Shown piece by piece: positions 19,204 through 28,486 of a stretch of 64,000 nt of DNA. This stretch comes from an uncultured Erysipelotrichales bacterium (lineage in GTDB: Bacteria > Bacillota_I > Bacilli_A > Erysipelotrichales > CAZWEF01). Location of the stretch: contig CAZWEF010000002.1 of the NCBI GenBank assembly GCA_964632125.1, positions 13,675 to 77,674 on the forward strand, written 5' to 3'. How positions within the stretch are numbered: position 1 is the stretch's first letter; each line of letters begins with the position of its first letter. Under the pieces are notes generated by a model. That model was given only the letters and a program-made list of their open reading frames with translations. It ran no database searches and had not been told where the DNA came from. Both the position numbers and the translations under genes were made by a program.

Positions 19204-20826
19204 ATGTCAGTATTAAAACTCGACTTGATTTTTGGCGGGTTAGGAATCTTTTTATTTGGTATTAAATACATGGGTGATGGTCTTAAAGCCATTGCTGGTG
19301 ATCGCTTACGTGACATCATTGATAAGTACACATCGACACCTTTAAAAGGGATCATGATTGGTACAGTTGTCACTTTGCTGATTCAATCAAGTTCTGGGAC
19401 AACAGCACTGATGATCAGTTTGATTCGTTCTGGACTAATGACATTAACACAGGCGGTTGGTATTATTATGGGTGCCAATATAGGTACAACCATCACTGCG
19501 TTTATCATTGGTTTAAAAATTACCAACTATGCTTTATACATTATCGGATTTGCAACCATTATCATCGTTTTCACTAAATCAAAGAAACGTTTAACATTAG
19601 CAAACACGCTACTTGGTTTTGGTTGTTTGTTTTATGGTTTAAAACTAATGGATAGTGGATTAAAACCAATTCAAACATTACCACAGTTTCAAGAGTTTAT
19701 GAAATATGTTGGTGTCAATCCAATTTTAGGTTTGTTGATCGGACTTGGACTTACTCTAGTCATCCAATCATCGTCTGGTGTTATTGGGATTATCCAATTG
19801 ATGTATGCTCAAGGTTCAATACCTTTAGGAGCTGCACTTCCAGCTTTATTTGGTTCAAATATCGGAACAACGATTACTGCCATCTTAGCATCGATTGGTG
19901 GTAGTGTTTCTGCTAAGCGAGCAGCTGGCATTCATGTCATGTTTAATGTTATAGGGAGTGTCTTTTTTATGATATTGCTTTTCCCTTTTACAAAACTGAT
20001 TGTCTTCTTATCAAATACCTTTAACGTTTCACCAATCTTACAAATTGCACTTGCTCACGGTATCTTTAATATTACGATGACAATTGTTCTTTATCCATTC
20101 ATTGGTACAATGGTTAAAGTCATCAAACGTATTATTCCTGGTGAAGAATTTGAAGTTGATATTAATTTTGATGAACTTCGTAACTCAGCATTATTAGACT
20201 TTCCATCACATGCTGTTGAGGTAGCTAAGTTAAAAGCACTCCAAATGGGAGAAGTCACTTTAAAAATGTTAAATCGAACACGTGAATACATCAACAATTC
20301 AAATCATTCATTGGTTGAAAAGATTCAACATTATGAAGAAACCATTAACTTAATCGATAAAAAAGTGAGTCATTTCTTAACAGAAATCACGCAAGAAACA
20401 ATGACTGAACAAGATGCAATTGATCATAGTAAAGTCATTCAAGCACTAAAAGATTTTGAACGTATTGGGGATCATTGTTTAAATCTATCGGAATATTTCG
20501 AAAATATCAATAGCTCACCTGAGAAAATCAGTGAAGGTGCTTTAAATGATATTAATCGCATGTTAGACTTAGTCATTGAAATGGCACAAAATGCAATTAA
20601 GTATCTTGAAACGCCAAGCGAAACATATGCAACAACAATAGAATCACAAGAAGAAGCACTTGATAAATTAAATCATAAAGCACGTCAACGCCATATTCAA
20701 CGGGTTTCAAATAAAGAAGAAGTAAGCCCATTAGTGAGTTCGTTATTTGTTGATATTATTTCAAATATTGAACGTATGGGTGATCATTGTAGCAATATCG
20801 CTCGAACTGATCTTGATGAAGCATAA
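19204..20826 (+). CDS. Na+/phosphate cotransporter family protein with C-terminal PhoU-like repeats
   Basis: Duplicated GANIGTT / GSNIGTT motifs in the TM domain and two PhoU-like ERIGDHC / ERMGDHC repeats. Start moved to ATG 19204 (GAGGGGG 6 nt upstream). Confidence 0.85.
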   Translation: MSVLKLDLIFGGLGIFLFGIKYMGDGLKAIAGDRLRDIIDKYTSTPLKGIMIGTVVTLLIQSSSGTTALMISLIRSGLMTLTQAVGIIMGANIGTTITAFIIGLKITNYALYIIGFATIIIVFTKSKKRLTLANTLLGFGCLFYGLKLMDSGLKPIQTLPQFQEFMKYVGVNPILGLLIGLGLTLVIQSSSGVIGIIQLMYAQGSIPLGAALPALFGSNIGTTITAILASIGGSVSAKRAAGIHVMFNVIGSVFFMILLFPFTKLIVFLSNTFNVSPILQIALAHGIFNITMTIVLYPFIGTMVKVIKRIIPGEEFEVDINFDELRNSALLDFPSHAVEVAKLKALQMGEVTLKMLNRTREYINNSNHSLVEKIQHYEETINLIDKKVSHFLTEITQETMTEQDAIDHSKVIQALKDFERIGDHCLNLSEYFENINSSPEKISEGALNDINRMLDLVIEMAQNAIKYLETPSETYATTIESQEEALDKLNHKARQRHIQRVSNKEEVSPLVSSLFVDIISNIERMGDHCSNIARTDLDEA

Positions 20827-20852
20827 AAAAAGTCTGGAAATTCCAGACTTTT
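20825..20852. terminator. Bidirectional terminator between the convergent Na/Pi gene and the 186-aa gene
   Basis: A-run, AGTCTGG (20831-20837), loop AAATT, CCAGACT (20843-20849), T-run. Confidence 0.6.
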
Positions 20853-21411
20853 AATTTTCTTTAGCCAATGCTTTCAATGCTTCAAAGATGGCATTATTAT
20901 TAAATGATGGGAAGCTAGTATGTTCACCAGGTCCATAAGAACCAACCAAGAATGTTCTTGATACATTATCAGCAGTCACAGTGAACTTTGTACGTTTGTA
21001 TGGATCAGGTTGTCTCATGCCAAGTAAACGGCGCAAGAATCTTGGTGTGATAAAATAAATGCTTTCTTGTTTCCCTTTTGACATTGCTTTTAGTGTATAT
21101 TTACCCTTTTCTAATACATTTGTTTGAACTACAGTACCTTCATTCAAATCAAGGATAACAAGTGTTCCTGTCTTAGCGTTTAAGCCAACGATATGATCAT
21201 TAACATTGTACAAATTATATCCTGCAACACTTGCCACAGCTCCAGTTGCACCACCTGATTTGACTTCAGATTGTACAACACCATAAACATATTGATCTGC
21301 TTGATCAATTTCATTGAAAAATAATGTTTTAGCAAGTTCTGCTTGGTTAAGTATTGCACTATTTGCATCATCCGCTATTTTTTGTAAACCATTTGTAAAT
21401 ACATTTGCCAT
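20851..21411 (-). CDS. Hypothetical cytoplasmic protein, 186 aa, monocistronic
   Basis: Strong SD (AGGAGG, 6 nt before ATG 21411), its own promoter and its own terminator. No signal peptide or TM helix. Helical N-terminus followed by a beta-rich core. No family recognised. Confidence 0.65.
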   Translation of the reverse strand: MANVFTNGLQKIADDANSAILNQAELAKTLFFNEIDQADQYVYGVVQSEVKSGGATGAVASVAGYNLYNVNDHIVGLNAKTGTLVILDLNEGTVVQTNVLEKGKYTLKAMSKGKQESIYFITPRFLRRLLGMRQPDPYKRTKFTVTADNVSRTFLVGSYGPGEHTSFPSFNNNAIFEALKALAKEN

Positions 21412-21516
21412 ATAATTCCTCCTGTTTATTTAAAATATTCGAAATAAGTTAATACAAATAATTCATTTTCACCAAAATTTCATGTGATTAGCATGAACAA
21501 ATTGTATAACACCTAT

Positions 21517-21545
21517 ATTATAACATAAAAATCATTAAATTAAAA
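21517..21545 (-). promoter_or_regulatory. Extended -10 promoter (TGtTATAAT) for the 186-aa gene
   Basis: Minus strand: TG-T-TATAAT at 21525-21517 and a weak -35 TTTTAA at 21545-21540. This predicts a ~100-nt 5' UTR containing a TTCATG/CATGAA hairpin (21479-21497). Confidence 0.4.
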
Positions 21546-21602
21546 ATATATCGGACTATAAAAAACCATCTTTTTAGTATAAATAAAAAGAAAACACTCA
21601 AA

Positions 21603-22133
21603 CTAGATGAAAGCTTTGAATGTTTCCTTTAATATACGGTACTGTCTATCAACATACCATTCATATTGTCCATTTGATATTTGTATGGCAATGCCTTGAA
21701 CGACTAACCATAATCGCTTAAGGATGTTACCTGATTGTTGATCATTAAGATCAAATGTAATTTGTGTCGCTTGTTTTAATATTGCATAAACCTGTGGATT
21801 GATAAAGAAAACGTTGAGTTTATTTTCTAAGTGAAGTAGTTTAAACAAATGATTATGGTGACTAACAAACTCAAGATAACCAAGAGCGTAGTCATAAAAA
21901 GGTTCATTTGAATGATTATAGTTGATCATATGATGAATCATATCATCTAATACTTTAACAACAACATCCTTTTTCAACTCATCTAGTGATTCATAGGCTG
22001 AATAAATTGGTTGTGTTGAACAACCCGCATGTTTTGCAATGTTTCTTGCACTAAAAACCAAAAACCCTTCTTGATCAACTAAGTCATATGCTGCTTGTCT
22101 TAATTGTTCCTTTCTTATTATTTTATCTTTCAT
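21603..22133 (-). CDS. TetR/AcrR-family transcriptional regulator
   Basis: N-terminal HTH QAAYDLVDQEGFLVFSARNIAKHAGCSTQPIYSAYESLDELK, ~175 aa. Confidence 0.8.
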   Translation of the reverse strand: MKDKIIRKEQLRQAAYDLVDQEGFLVFSARNIAKHAGCSTQPIYSAYESLDELKKDVVVKVLDDMIHHMINYNHSNEPFYDYALGYLEFVSHHNHLFKLLHLENKLNVFFINPQVYAILKQATQITFDLNDQQSGNILKRLWLVVQGIAIQISNGQYEWYVDRQYRILKETFKAFI

Positions 22134-22137
22134 ATAC

Positions 22138-22461
22138 TCACTCCTCTACAACAACCATTGCTACAACATAGTGTCTCTCATGACTGATACTCACTTGTAT
22201 GCGATGTTGCTTATAACAAACATAGGGCGCACCACTTTCACTATTGAGCACACTAATATCTTTAAATAAAAGACTTTTATCATTTAAGGCCTTTACCAGT
22301 GCTTCTTTGACTGCAAAACGACTTGCTAAGTAATTTAGTTGATTGACACCGTTTTTACCATAATAAACAGTTAATTCTTGTGATGATAAAAGGTATTCAG
22401 CTAAACGGTCTTGATTGGCTATCATGCGTTCAATTTCAACAATATCAACACCTATTTTCAT
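22138..22461 (-). CDS. acpS: Holo-[acyl-carrier-protein] synthase (4'-phosphopantetheinyl transferase)
   Basis: MKIGVDIVEIERM start, FAVKEALVKAL motif, and SISHERHYVVAMVV at the C-terminus. 107 aa, slightly short. Confidence 0.8.
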   Translation of the reverse strand: MKIGVDIVEIERMIANQDRLAEYLLSSQELTVYYGKNGVNQLNYLASRFAVKEALVKALNDKSLLFKDISVLNSESGAPYVCYKQHRIQVSISHERHYVVAMVVVEE

Positions 22462-23717
22462 TCTGGTTTTATCACAAGTGTTGTCCGCGTTGCATTTTTA
22501 AGTGTTTGAATGGCATCATCTAATGATTCAAATGTAATGCTATCAATCAATTCACTTACTTCAAATAAGCTTTCATGTTGAAATTCATACATGATAAACA
22601 ATTGGCCGATACCTTCTAAATAATTAAATGAGCTGATGACTTCTGCAATTAATAATCGTTTATGATTGATAAAACGATCTAAATCAAGTTGCTTCAAGCT
22701 TAATTCATCAATTAATTGGTGCAATGCTTCTTGAAATAAATTATAATGGTCAGAATCACTACCTATTTGCACAAATGACATGCCTGGCTCAACAATCACA
22801 TCTGCATAGAAACTTTGATTAATCAATCCCTTAGACAACCAAGTTTGATACAAATCAGTTGACTTTGCAAATAAAGTATTAAGAAGCAACATCATTATGA
22901 ATTCATCTTTCAATGACTTAATTGGGTTAAGTTTAAACCCCATCACAAACTTAGTATTACTAATAGGCATGTGTAGTACCTTTTCTTTAACCGCGACTTC
23001 TTTTGGCTCATCATCTAATAAAACGGATTCAAACGACAATTGATTAAAAGTCTTTTGAGATTGATTTTCTCTGATTGTAACCATTAAATGATCTACATCC
23101 ATCTTACCAACAATAAATAACGTCATCTGACTTGGATGATAAAAATGATGATAACATTGTTCAAGTTGTTTTTTTGTCATCGTTTGAATTGATGCTTCAG
23201 ACCCAAGTATTTCATCTTTGATGGGATGTTTTAAATAAAGATTTTCAAGTAGATCATAGAAAATACGTGAATCGGCATCATCCTGGTACATCTTCAGTTC
23301 TTGAATGATGATTCCTTTTTCTTTTTCAACGCTCTCTTCAGTTAATTCAATGTTTTGAACAAAATCAAGTAATATTTTAGTATTTTCTTCAACATGACTT
23401 GTAGCACTAAATAAATAAGCAGTCTTAGAAAAAGATGTAAAAGCATTACAACTTGCACCATGCTTAGTAAATAATTCATCAACTGAGTATGCCTTTTTCT
23501 CAAACATTTTGTGCTCTAAAAAATGCTCAATACCTGCATTAAACACCAAGTCTTCCCCATTTGTTTTAATGTGTCGATGAATCGAACCATATGGGGTTGC
23601 AAAAATACCATATGTTTTATGAAAGTCATTCTTTGGTAACAAGTAGACATTCAATCCATTATCTAATTGTTCATGATAAAGTGTTTCTCCAATTAGAGAA
23701 TAATCATGTTTATTCAT
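22458..23717 (-). CDS. M16-family zinc peptidase, catalytically competent subunit (YmfH-like)
   Basis: Inverted zinc motif HFLEH (HxxEH) followed by the conserved E region. ~419 aa. Confidence 0.8.
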   Translation of the reverse strand: MNKHDYSLIGETLYHEQLDNGLNVYLLPKNDFHKTYGIFATPYGSIHRHIKTNGEDLVFNAGIEHFLEHKMFEKKAYSVDELFTKHGASCNAFTSFSKTAYLFSATSHVEENTKILLDFVQNIELTEESVEKEKGIIIQELKMYQDDADSRIFYDLLENLYLKHPIKDEILGSEASIQTMTKKQLEQCYHHFYHPSQMTLFIVGKMDVDHLMVTIRENQSQKTFNQLSFESVLLDDEPKEVAVKEKVLHMPISNTKFVMGFKLNPIKSLKDEFIMMLLLNTLFAKSTDLYQTWLSKGLINQSFYADVIVEPGMSFVQIGSDSDHYNLFQEALHQLIDELSLKQLDLDRFINHKRLLIAEVISSFNYLEGIGQLFIMYEFQHESLFEVSELIDSITFESLDDAIQTLKNATRTTLVIKPE

Positions 23718-24960
23718 GTCCTTCCTCCCTACCTGCTAAGAAATAATACAACATTGGCTTAACAGTTAAAGCAAGCTTTTGAATTTGGCTCAAATCCACT
23801 GCTTCAATGTCTTTTGTCAGTGTTTCAACTGTTGTGTTTTGTCCAACCATCATCCAATTAAATGATTGACTAATAAGGGCATTTGCACTATCTTGGTTTT
23901 TAACAATACTGCTGATTAACTGAGCCTTAGCACCCTCTAGTTCTTCTTGAGAAATATCTAAGTCAATCATCGCTTTAAGTTGTGCCTCAATTAAACTACG
24001 AGCCTTCTCTTCCTTACTTCGCTCAATCCCTGCATAAATCATGAGCGTACCATAACTTGGTTGATAAGCAGAATAAACTGTGTAACACAAGCTATGTTGC
24101 TCACGAACAACTTTGAATAACTTTGACTGCATATACCCACCAAGTATTTGGTTATAAACAAGACCAACAGCATGTTGATTTAAACGATTGGCCTCTAATT
24201 TAAAGCCATAAACAAGGTGACTTTGATTGACCTCAATTTGCTCTACTTTTTCAGTAAATAGAGGCGGTTTAAAATCATAAACAAGTGACAACGCCTCATG
24301 ATTTTTACCAACAAATGCATCTTTAAGCAAAAGTTGTTGCGCAGCGTCTAAATCACCAACAACGAAAACCACCAGTTTCATCTTAGCTAAGACTTCTTGA
24401 TAGAAATCATATAATTGACGTTCATCAACAACCTCAAGTTGCTCATGATAACCAATGTTACGAGAACCATAGACGCCCTCACCATCAATCAATGCATTAT
24501 AGCGATCAACAGCATAGGTTCTTTTATCATTTAATACACTTGTTATTTGATCGTTTAGTTGCTTTTTCATTAAATCAACATTCACTTTAGAAAAAGCATT
24601 TCCTTCAGTACATAGATCATAGATCATATCATGCATCAATGTTAATTGATTTTTCAATAAATCAATCTCTTCTTTAATGTACTGTTCGTTAATAGAGCTA
24701 GTACTCACTTCAATCAATTGACTCATCCCTACATGATATGCATTTGTTTGACAGGTTAAGCCATACATAGACTCTAAATAAGCATTGAACTTCTGATGAT
24801 CAGGATATTTTTTAGTCCCTGCTTTCATCACTCTAGCAAGCAATGATGCTAAAGTGATTTGTTGATACTCGAATGGGAACATCAAATATGCAGTCATTGT
24901 AATCGTTTTGAATTTTTTTGTTTGAAACAAATAAGTATGATCATTTAATTGATTAAACAT
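23710..24960 (-). CDS. M16-family peptidase-like protein lacking the HxxEH motif (YmfF-like non-catalytic partner)
   Basis: M16 fold-like length and pairing, but no HxxEH. Start moved to ATG 24960 (AGGAGG 6 nt upstream); the track N-terminus MKHRRFK is a read-through of that SD. Confidence 0.75.
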   Translation of the reverse strand: MFNQLNDHTYLFQTKKFKTITMTAYLMFPFEYQQITLASLLARVMKAGTKKYPDHQKFNAYLESMYGLTCQTNAYHVGMSQLIEVSTSSINEQYIKEEIDLLKNQLTLMHDMIYDLCTEGNAFSKVNVDLMKKQLNDQITSVLNDKRTYAVDRYNALIDGEGVYGSRNIGYHEQLEVVDERQLYDFYQEVLAKMKLVVFVVGDLDAAQQLLLKDAFVGKNHEALSLVYDFKPPLFTEKVEQIEVNQSHLVYGFKLEANRLNQHAVGLVYNQILGGYMQSKLFKVVREQHSLCYTVYSAYQPSYGTLMIYAGIERSKEEKARSLIEAQLKAMIDLDISQEELEGAKAQLISSIVKNQDSANALISQSFNWMMVGQNTTVETLTKDIEAVDLSQIQKLALTVKPMLYYFLAGREEGHE

Positions 24961-24970
24961 CTTAAACCTC

Positions 24971-26656
24971 CTATGCTTCATTAACCTCTAAAACCATTGC
25001 TAAAACAACAGGTTTTTTCTTTAACTCTTTACCAATATATTTTTGAACCTTTTCACGAATGCTCATTTTTAAATCATTACTATCTTGATAATCTTCATAA
25101 TGACTTACCATTTCTAGAACTAATTTTTGTATATGATCCGCAATATGAGGATAATCTTTAAGATAAACAAGTCCTCGCATTTGAACATCTGGTCCCGCAA
25201 TCACTGTTTTAGTTTGTCGATTTAAGGTAATCCCTATGATGACAAACCCTTCTTCTGAAAGCATGATTCGCTCATCAAGGACTTTTGAAGAAGCATCACT
25301 AATACCAGTACCTTCAATCATTAAACTTCCTGAAGGAATGATTTCACGTTTAGGCAACAACTCTTCATTCTCAAATACAACCTGCTCACCATTATCCATG
25401 ATGATAACATGATTTGGATCATAGCCAATTGATTCAGCGATACGCCCATTTATTGTCAGTTGACGGAAATCACCTTTAACTGGAATATAGTATTTAGGCT
25501 TAATCAATTGTAACATCATTTTCAAGTCTTCCTCTGATGCATGCGTTGACCAAACCTCTTTAGATTTAAGAATGGTCACATGATCACACATTTTATATAA
25601 AGCATCTTGAGCTGTACTTGCAATTGCCTCAGCACCTGGAAGTACAGGACTCGCAACAACCACATAATCAGTTGAATTGATTTTAAGTAAATCATCACCA
25701 CCATCCAAAATATCCACTAAATCATCAAACAATTGATTGGCAGGCGCCATCATCAGCACAACCAAATCTTGAAATTGTTTATTTTTTAAATCTTTCATAC
25801 TCGCCATATTTTTAGGCGGCACTTTAATTAGAGGATGACGTTGATGACTCCCTGTTTGGATGATTTTTTGCGTTTCATCATGATGACGACTAAAAAACAG
25901 AATGCGTTTATTATATTTAATCACCAATTCAACTACTTCTTTTATTCTAAATAAGTTTTGAGAATAGACCGTAACAATAATTCGGCTCTTGTTTTCAAAA
26001 ATTGGTTCTAGCTTTTGTGTAATTTTATGATTTGGCGATGTGTAACCTTGTCGCTCACTACCTTGTGACTCACTCATCAAACAAAGAACGCCTTTTTTAC
26101 CAATTTCAGCCATTTGAATCATATCTGCTTTAAAATCATCTGTTGCACCTGGGTCAACAATAAACTCACCTGCAAATACAATAGCACCCTGTGGTGTACT
26201 AAAAGAGACACCAACTGTACCTGGGAATGAATGTGTTAATGGGAAAAACTGAATGCGTTGCTTATCAAGCATCATGTGACTACCACGTTTCACGCGGTGT
26301 AAATCAATTTTCAGTTTTCTTCTATATTGCTTATTATAGTTATTAACCATGACCTCTATAAGATCACCTGCTAGTGTTGGTGCATAAACTGGTACGTCAA
26401 CTAACTCTAATAAATAAGGTAATGCTGCCATCACGTCATCATGACCATGCGTAATAAAAATAGCCTTCACTCGTTCTTTGTTTTCCACAACATAACGGGT
26501 GTCTGCGATGATGACATCGATGCCTATATTATCTTGTTCAGGGAACTTATGCCCTGCTTCTACTAGGTAAATGTTGGTGTTGATTTCAACACCGTACATA
26601 CTTTTACCTTTCTCTGCTTGTCCACCAAGCGCAAAAATTTTAATTTGATTTGACAT
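24971..26656 (-). CDS. rnjB: Ribonuclease J family protein with degenerate metal-binding residues (RNase J2-like)
   Basis: Collinear with the B. subtilis RNase J1 sequence as I recall it (FALGG...ITHGH...LTHSFPG...SEEGFVI...). HGHEDH is HGHDDV, HTGDF is FAGEF, and PIHGE is PVKGD. Synteny with the ymfF/ymfH-like M16 pair matches B. subtilis rnjB (ymfA). Confidence 0.8.
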   Translation of the reverse strand: MSNQIKIFALGGQAEKGKSMYGVEINTNIYLVEAGHKFPEQDNIGIDVIIADTRYVVENKERVKAIFITHGHDDVMAALPYLLELVDVPVYAPTLAGDLIEVMVNNYNKQYRRKLKIDLHRVKRGSHMMLDKQRIQFFPLTHSFPGTVGVSFSTPQGAIVFAGEFIVDPGATDDFKADMIQMAEIGKKGVLCLMSESQGSERQGYTSPNHKITQKLEPIFENKSRIIVTVYSQNLFRIKEVVELVIKYNKRILFFSRHHDETQKIIQTGSHQRHPLIKVPPKNMASMKDLKNKQFQDLVVLMMAPANQLFDDLVDILDGGDDLLKINSTDYVVVASPVLPGAEAIASTAQDALYKMCDHVTILKSKEVWSTHASEEDLKMMLQLIKPKYYIPVKGDFRQLTINGRIAESIGYDPNHVIIMDNGEQVVFENEELLPKREIIPSGSLMIEGTGISDASSKVLDERIMLSEEGFVIIGITLNRQTKTVIAGPDVQMRGLVYLKDYPHIADHIQKLVLEMVSHYEDYQDSNDLKMSIREKVQKYIGKELKKKPVVLAMVLEVNEA

Positions 26657-26730
26657 GTTATCCCTCCTCTAATCATTATACATGAATCATCATCAAATTT
26701 ATAGACATTCAACTCAAACAAACAAAAAAG

Positions 26731-26760
26731 ATAAAAAAAAAGAATAGTTGAACTATTCTT
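26731..26760 (-). terminator. Rho-independent terminator of pfk, overlapping its stop codon
   Basis: Minus strand: AAGAATAG-TTCAA-CTATTCTT followed by T9 (plus-strand A-run 26733-26740). Confidence 0.6.
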
Positions 26761-27862
26761 CATCACCAAATGAAACACCGATACTACGAGCAGCAGCTAC
26801 GATTGCATCTGTATTTGGTTGTACATATTTATTTTGTCCAATGACTTTCTCTAAGCTTACATAAGAAATGTCATTTCCATTTAAACAAACCATGTTACCA
26901 AATTTACCTTCAGCAACTAAGTCAGCAGCAGCAACCCCATATCTTATTGAAAGGACACGATCATATGGTTCAATTTGACCACCTCTCATAATATGTCCAG
27001 GTTGTACTGAACGAACTTCATGATTTGGAATGATTTTTTCTAAATCTTCAGCAAGTTTTGCTGCAATACCAGAGTAACGTACTGGATCAGGACTATCATC
27101 AACAATTTTACCAATCACGGCAGTGCCATCTTTAAAGCGTGCACCTTCAGCAACAGCAACAATAGTAAATGGTTTTCCTTGAGCATCACGTTCTTTTACT
27201 TTTTTAGCAATAGCTTCTACTGAAAATGGAATTTCAGGAATCAAAATAACATCAGCAGACCCCGCAAGTCCAGCATACAAAGAAATCCATCCAGCATCAC
27301 GGCCCATCATTTCGCACAAAAGTACACGGTGATGAGATTCAGCCGTTGTATGAAGACGATCTAAGAATTCAGTTGCGATTGCTGAAGCAGTCACAAAACC
27401 AAATGTCAAATCTGTAGCAGCTAGATCATTATCAATTGTTTTTGGCACACCAACAACATTAACCCCTTTACGAGCAAAGTCACGAGCACTTGTTAAAGTA
27501 CCGTCACCACCAATAACAACAAGAACATCAACACCAGCATCCTTTAAGTTTTGAACGCCAATGTCTGATACGTCTTTTTTTACTTTAACGCCATTTTCTT
27601 CAACAATATAGTCAAACAAATTGTCTTTATTTGAACTATACAAAATAGTACCACCTAAGTGACCAATACCAGACACTTTATCAAGTGTTAATTCAACATA
27701 ATTATTTTCATATAAGCCACGATATCCGAATACATAGCCAATTACTTCATAACCATACTTTAAGATGGCTGTACGTGTTACAGCACGAATTACAGCATTT
27801 AAACCTGGACAATCGCCACCACCAGTTAATAGCGCAATTCTTTTAACTTTTTTATCTTCCAT
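26753..27862 (-). CDS. pfkA: 6-phosphofructokinase (PfkA family; phosphoryl donor uncertain)
   Basis: LTGGGDCPGLNAVIRAV, VVIGGDGTLT, VPKTIDNDL and MGRDAGW motifs. 369 aa. Confidence 0.9.
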   Translation of the reverse strand: MEDKKVKRIALLTGGGDCPGLNAVIRAVTRTAILKYGYEVIGYVFGYRGLYENNYVELTLDKVSGIGHLGGTILYSSNKDNLFDYIVEENGVKVKKDVSDIGVQNLKDAGVDVLVVIGGDGTLTSARDFARKGVNVVGVPKTIDNDLAATDLTFGFVTASAIATEFLDRLHTTAESHHRVLLCEMMGRDAGWISLYAGLAGSADVILIPEIPFSVEAIAKKVKERDAQGKPFTIVAVAEGARFKDGTAVIGKIVDDSPDPVRYSGIAAKLAEDLEKIIPNHEVRSVQPGHIMRGGQIEPYDRVLSIRYGVAAADLVAEGKFGNMVCLNGNDISYVSLEKVIGQNKYVQPNTDAIVAAARSIGVSFGDEE

Positions 27863-27922
27863 TATATGCCTCCTATTTCTTTATCAATTATAAAAGAAAA
27901 CCATTACAATTTCAACCTAATA

Positions 27923-28486
27923 TCATAAAAAAAGTTTCATTTGTTGGTAGATCTTTGCGATTGGTAAACCTACAATGTTGTAAAAATCACCATCGATACG
28001 CTTAACAAACAAAGCACCTACGTCTTGTATGCCATAACTGCCTGCTTTGTTAAAACAAAGTCCAGACTCAACATAATCCATGATTAACTCATCTAAGTCA
28101 TCATGAAACCAAACTTTAGTTCGTTCATAAAAAATGACTTCTTGATCATTGAATGCCATACAAACACCTGTATAAACATCATGACTAGTACCACATATTG
28201 ATGTTAACATGGCCATTGCATCTTCTTTAGATGATGGTTTCCCTAAAGGTTTACCGTTAAAAAAAACAAGCGTGTCTGCACTGATATAAAGCTTATCTGG
28301 TAATCTTTTTTGTGCCATCTTTTGTTTTGCAAGAGACATCACAATGTCACCAGCAGACATGCTCAAGTCAATAACTTCTTCTATATAAGAAGGTTCTACT
28401 TCAACCAACCACCCAAGTTGTGTTAACAACTTAAGACGGTTTGGTGAAGCAGAACAAAGAATAATTGATTGATTATTTAGCTTCAT
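27923..28486 (-). CDS. maf: Maf-family nucleoside triphosphate pyrophosphatase
   Basis: [14 protein letters not shown]-terminal motif and AGSYGIQD near the C-terminus. Start placed at MKLNNQS (28486). No candidate start has a good SD, so the 5' end is uncertain. It overlaps the pnp 3' end. Confidence 0.75.
   Translation of the reverse strand: MKLNNQSIILCSASPNRLKLLTQLGWLVEVEPSYIEEVIDLSMSAGDIVMSLAKQKMAQKRLPDKLYISADTLVFFNGKPLGKPSSKEDAMAMLTSICGTSHDVYTGVCMAFNDQEVIFYERTKVWFHDDLDELIMDYVESGLCFNKAGSYGIQDVGALFVKRIDGDFYNIVGLPIAKIYQQMKLFL

Noticed and set aside
21250-21411. Possibility that the 186-aa orphan is the cargo of the PCAT exporter, through its KSGG-ATGAVA segment (a double-glycine site at aa 53-54).
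   Set aside because: The residues preceding the GG (YGVVQSEVKSGG) do not fit the LSxxELxxIxGG leader: positions -4, -7 and -12 are not hydrophobic in the required pattern. The putative leader would be 54 aa. The gene is a separate convergent transcription unit.
24961-24981. N-terminal extensions in the ORF track (MKHRRFK on the M16 gene, MKECHQ on pncB, MEVI on gatD, MRGNK on the Na/Pi gene, MFYNDLRKQRRMY on the CofE-like gene, MIWGEY on pnp, and 13-16 aa on rplS, LysR, maf and the surface protein).
   Set aside because: In most cases a downstream ATG has a well-spaced GGAGG-type SD, and the extension simply translates that SD or leader. maf has no good SD at either start, and the surface-protein start (62128 versus 62122) has non-ideal SD spacing. 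The shorter products begin like their orthologs.
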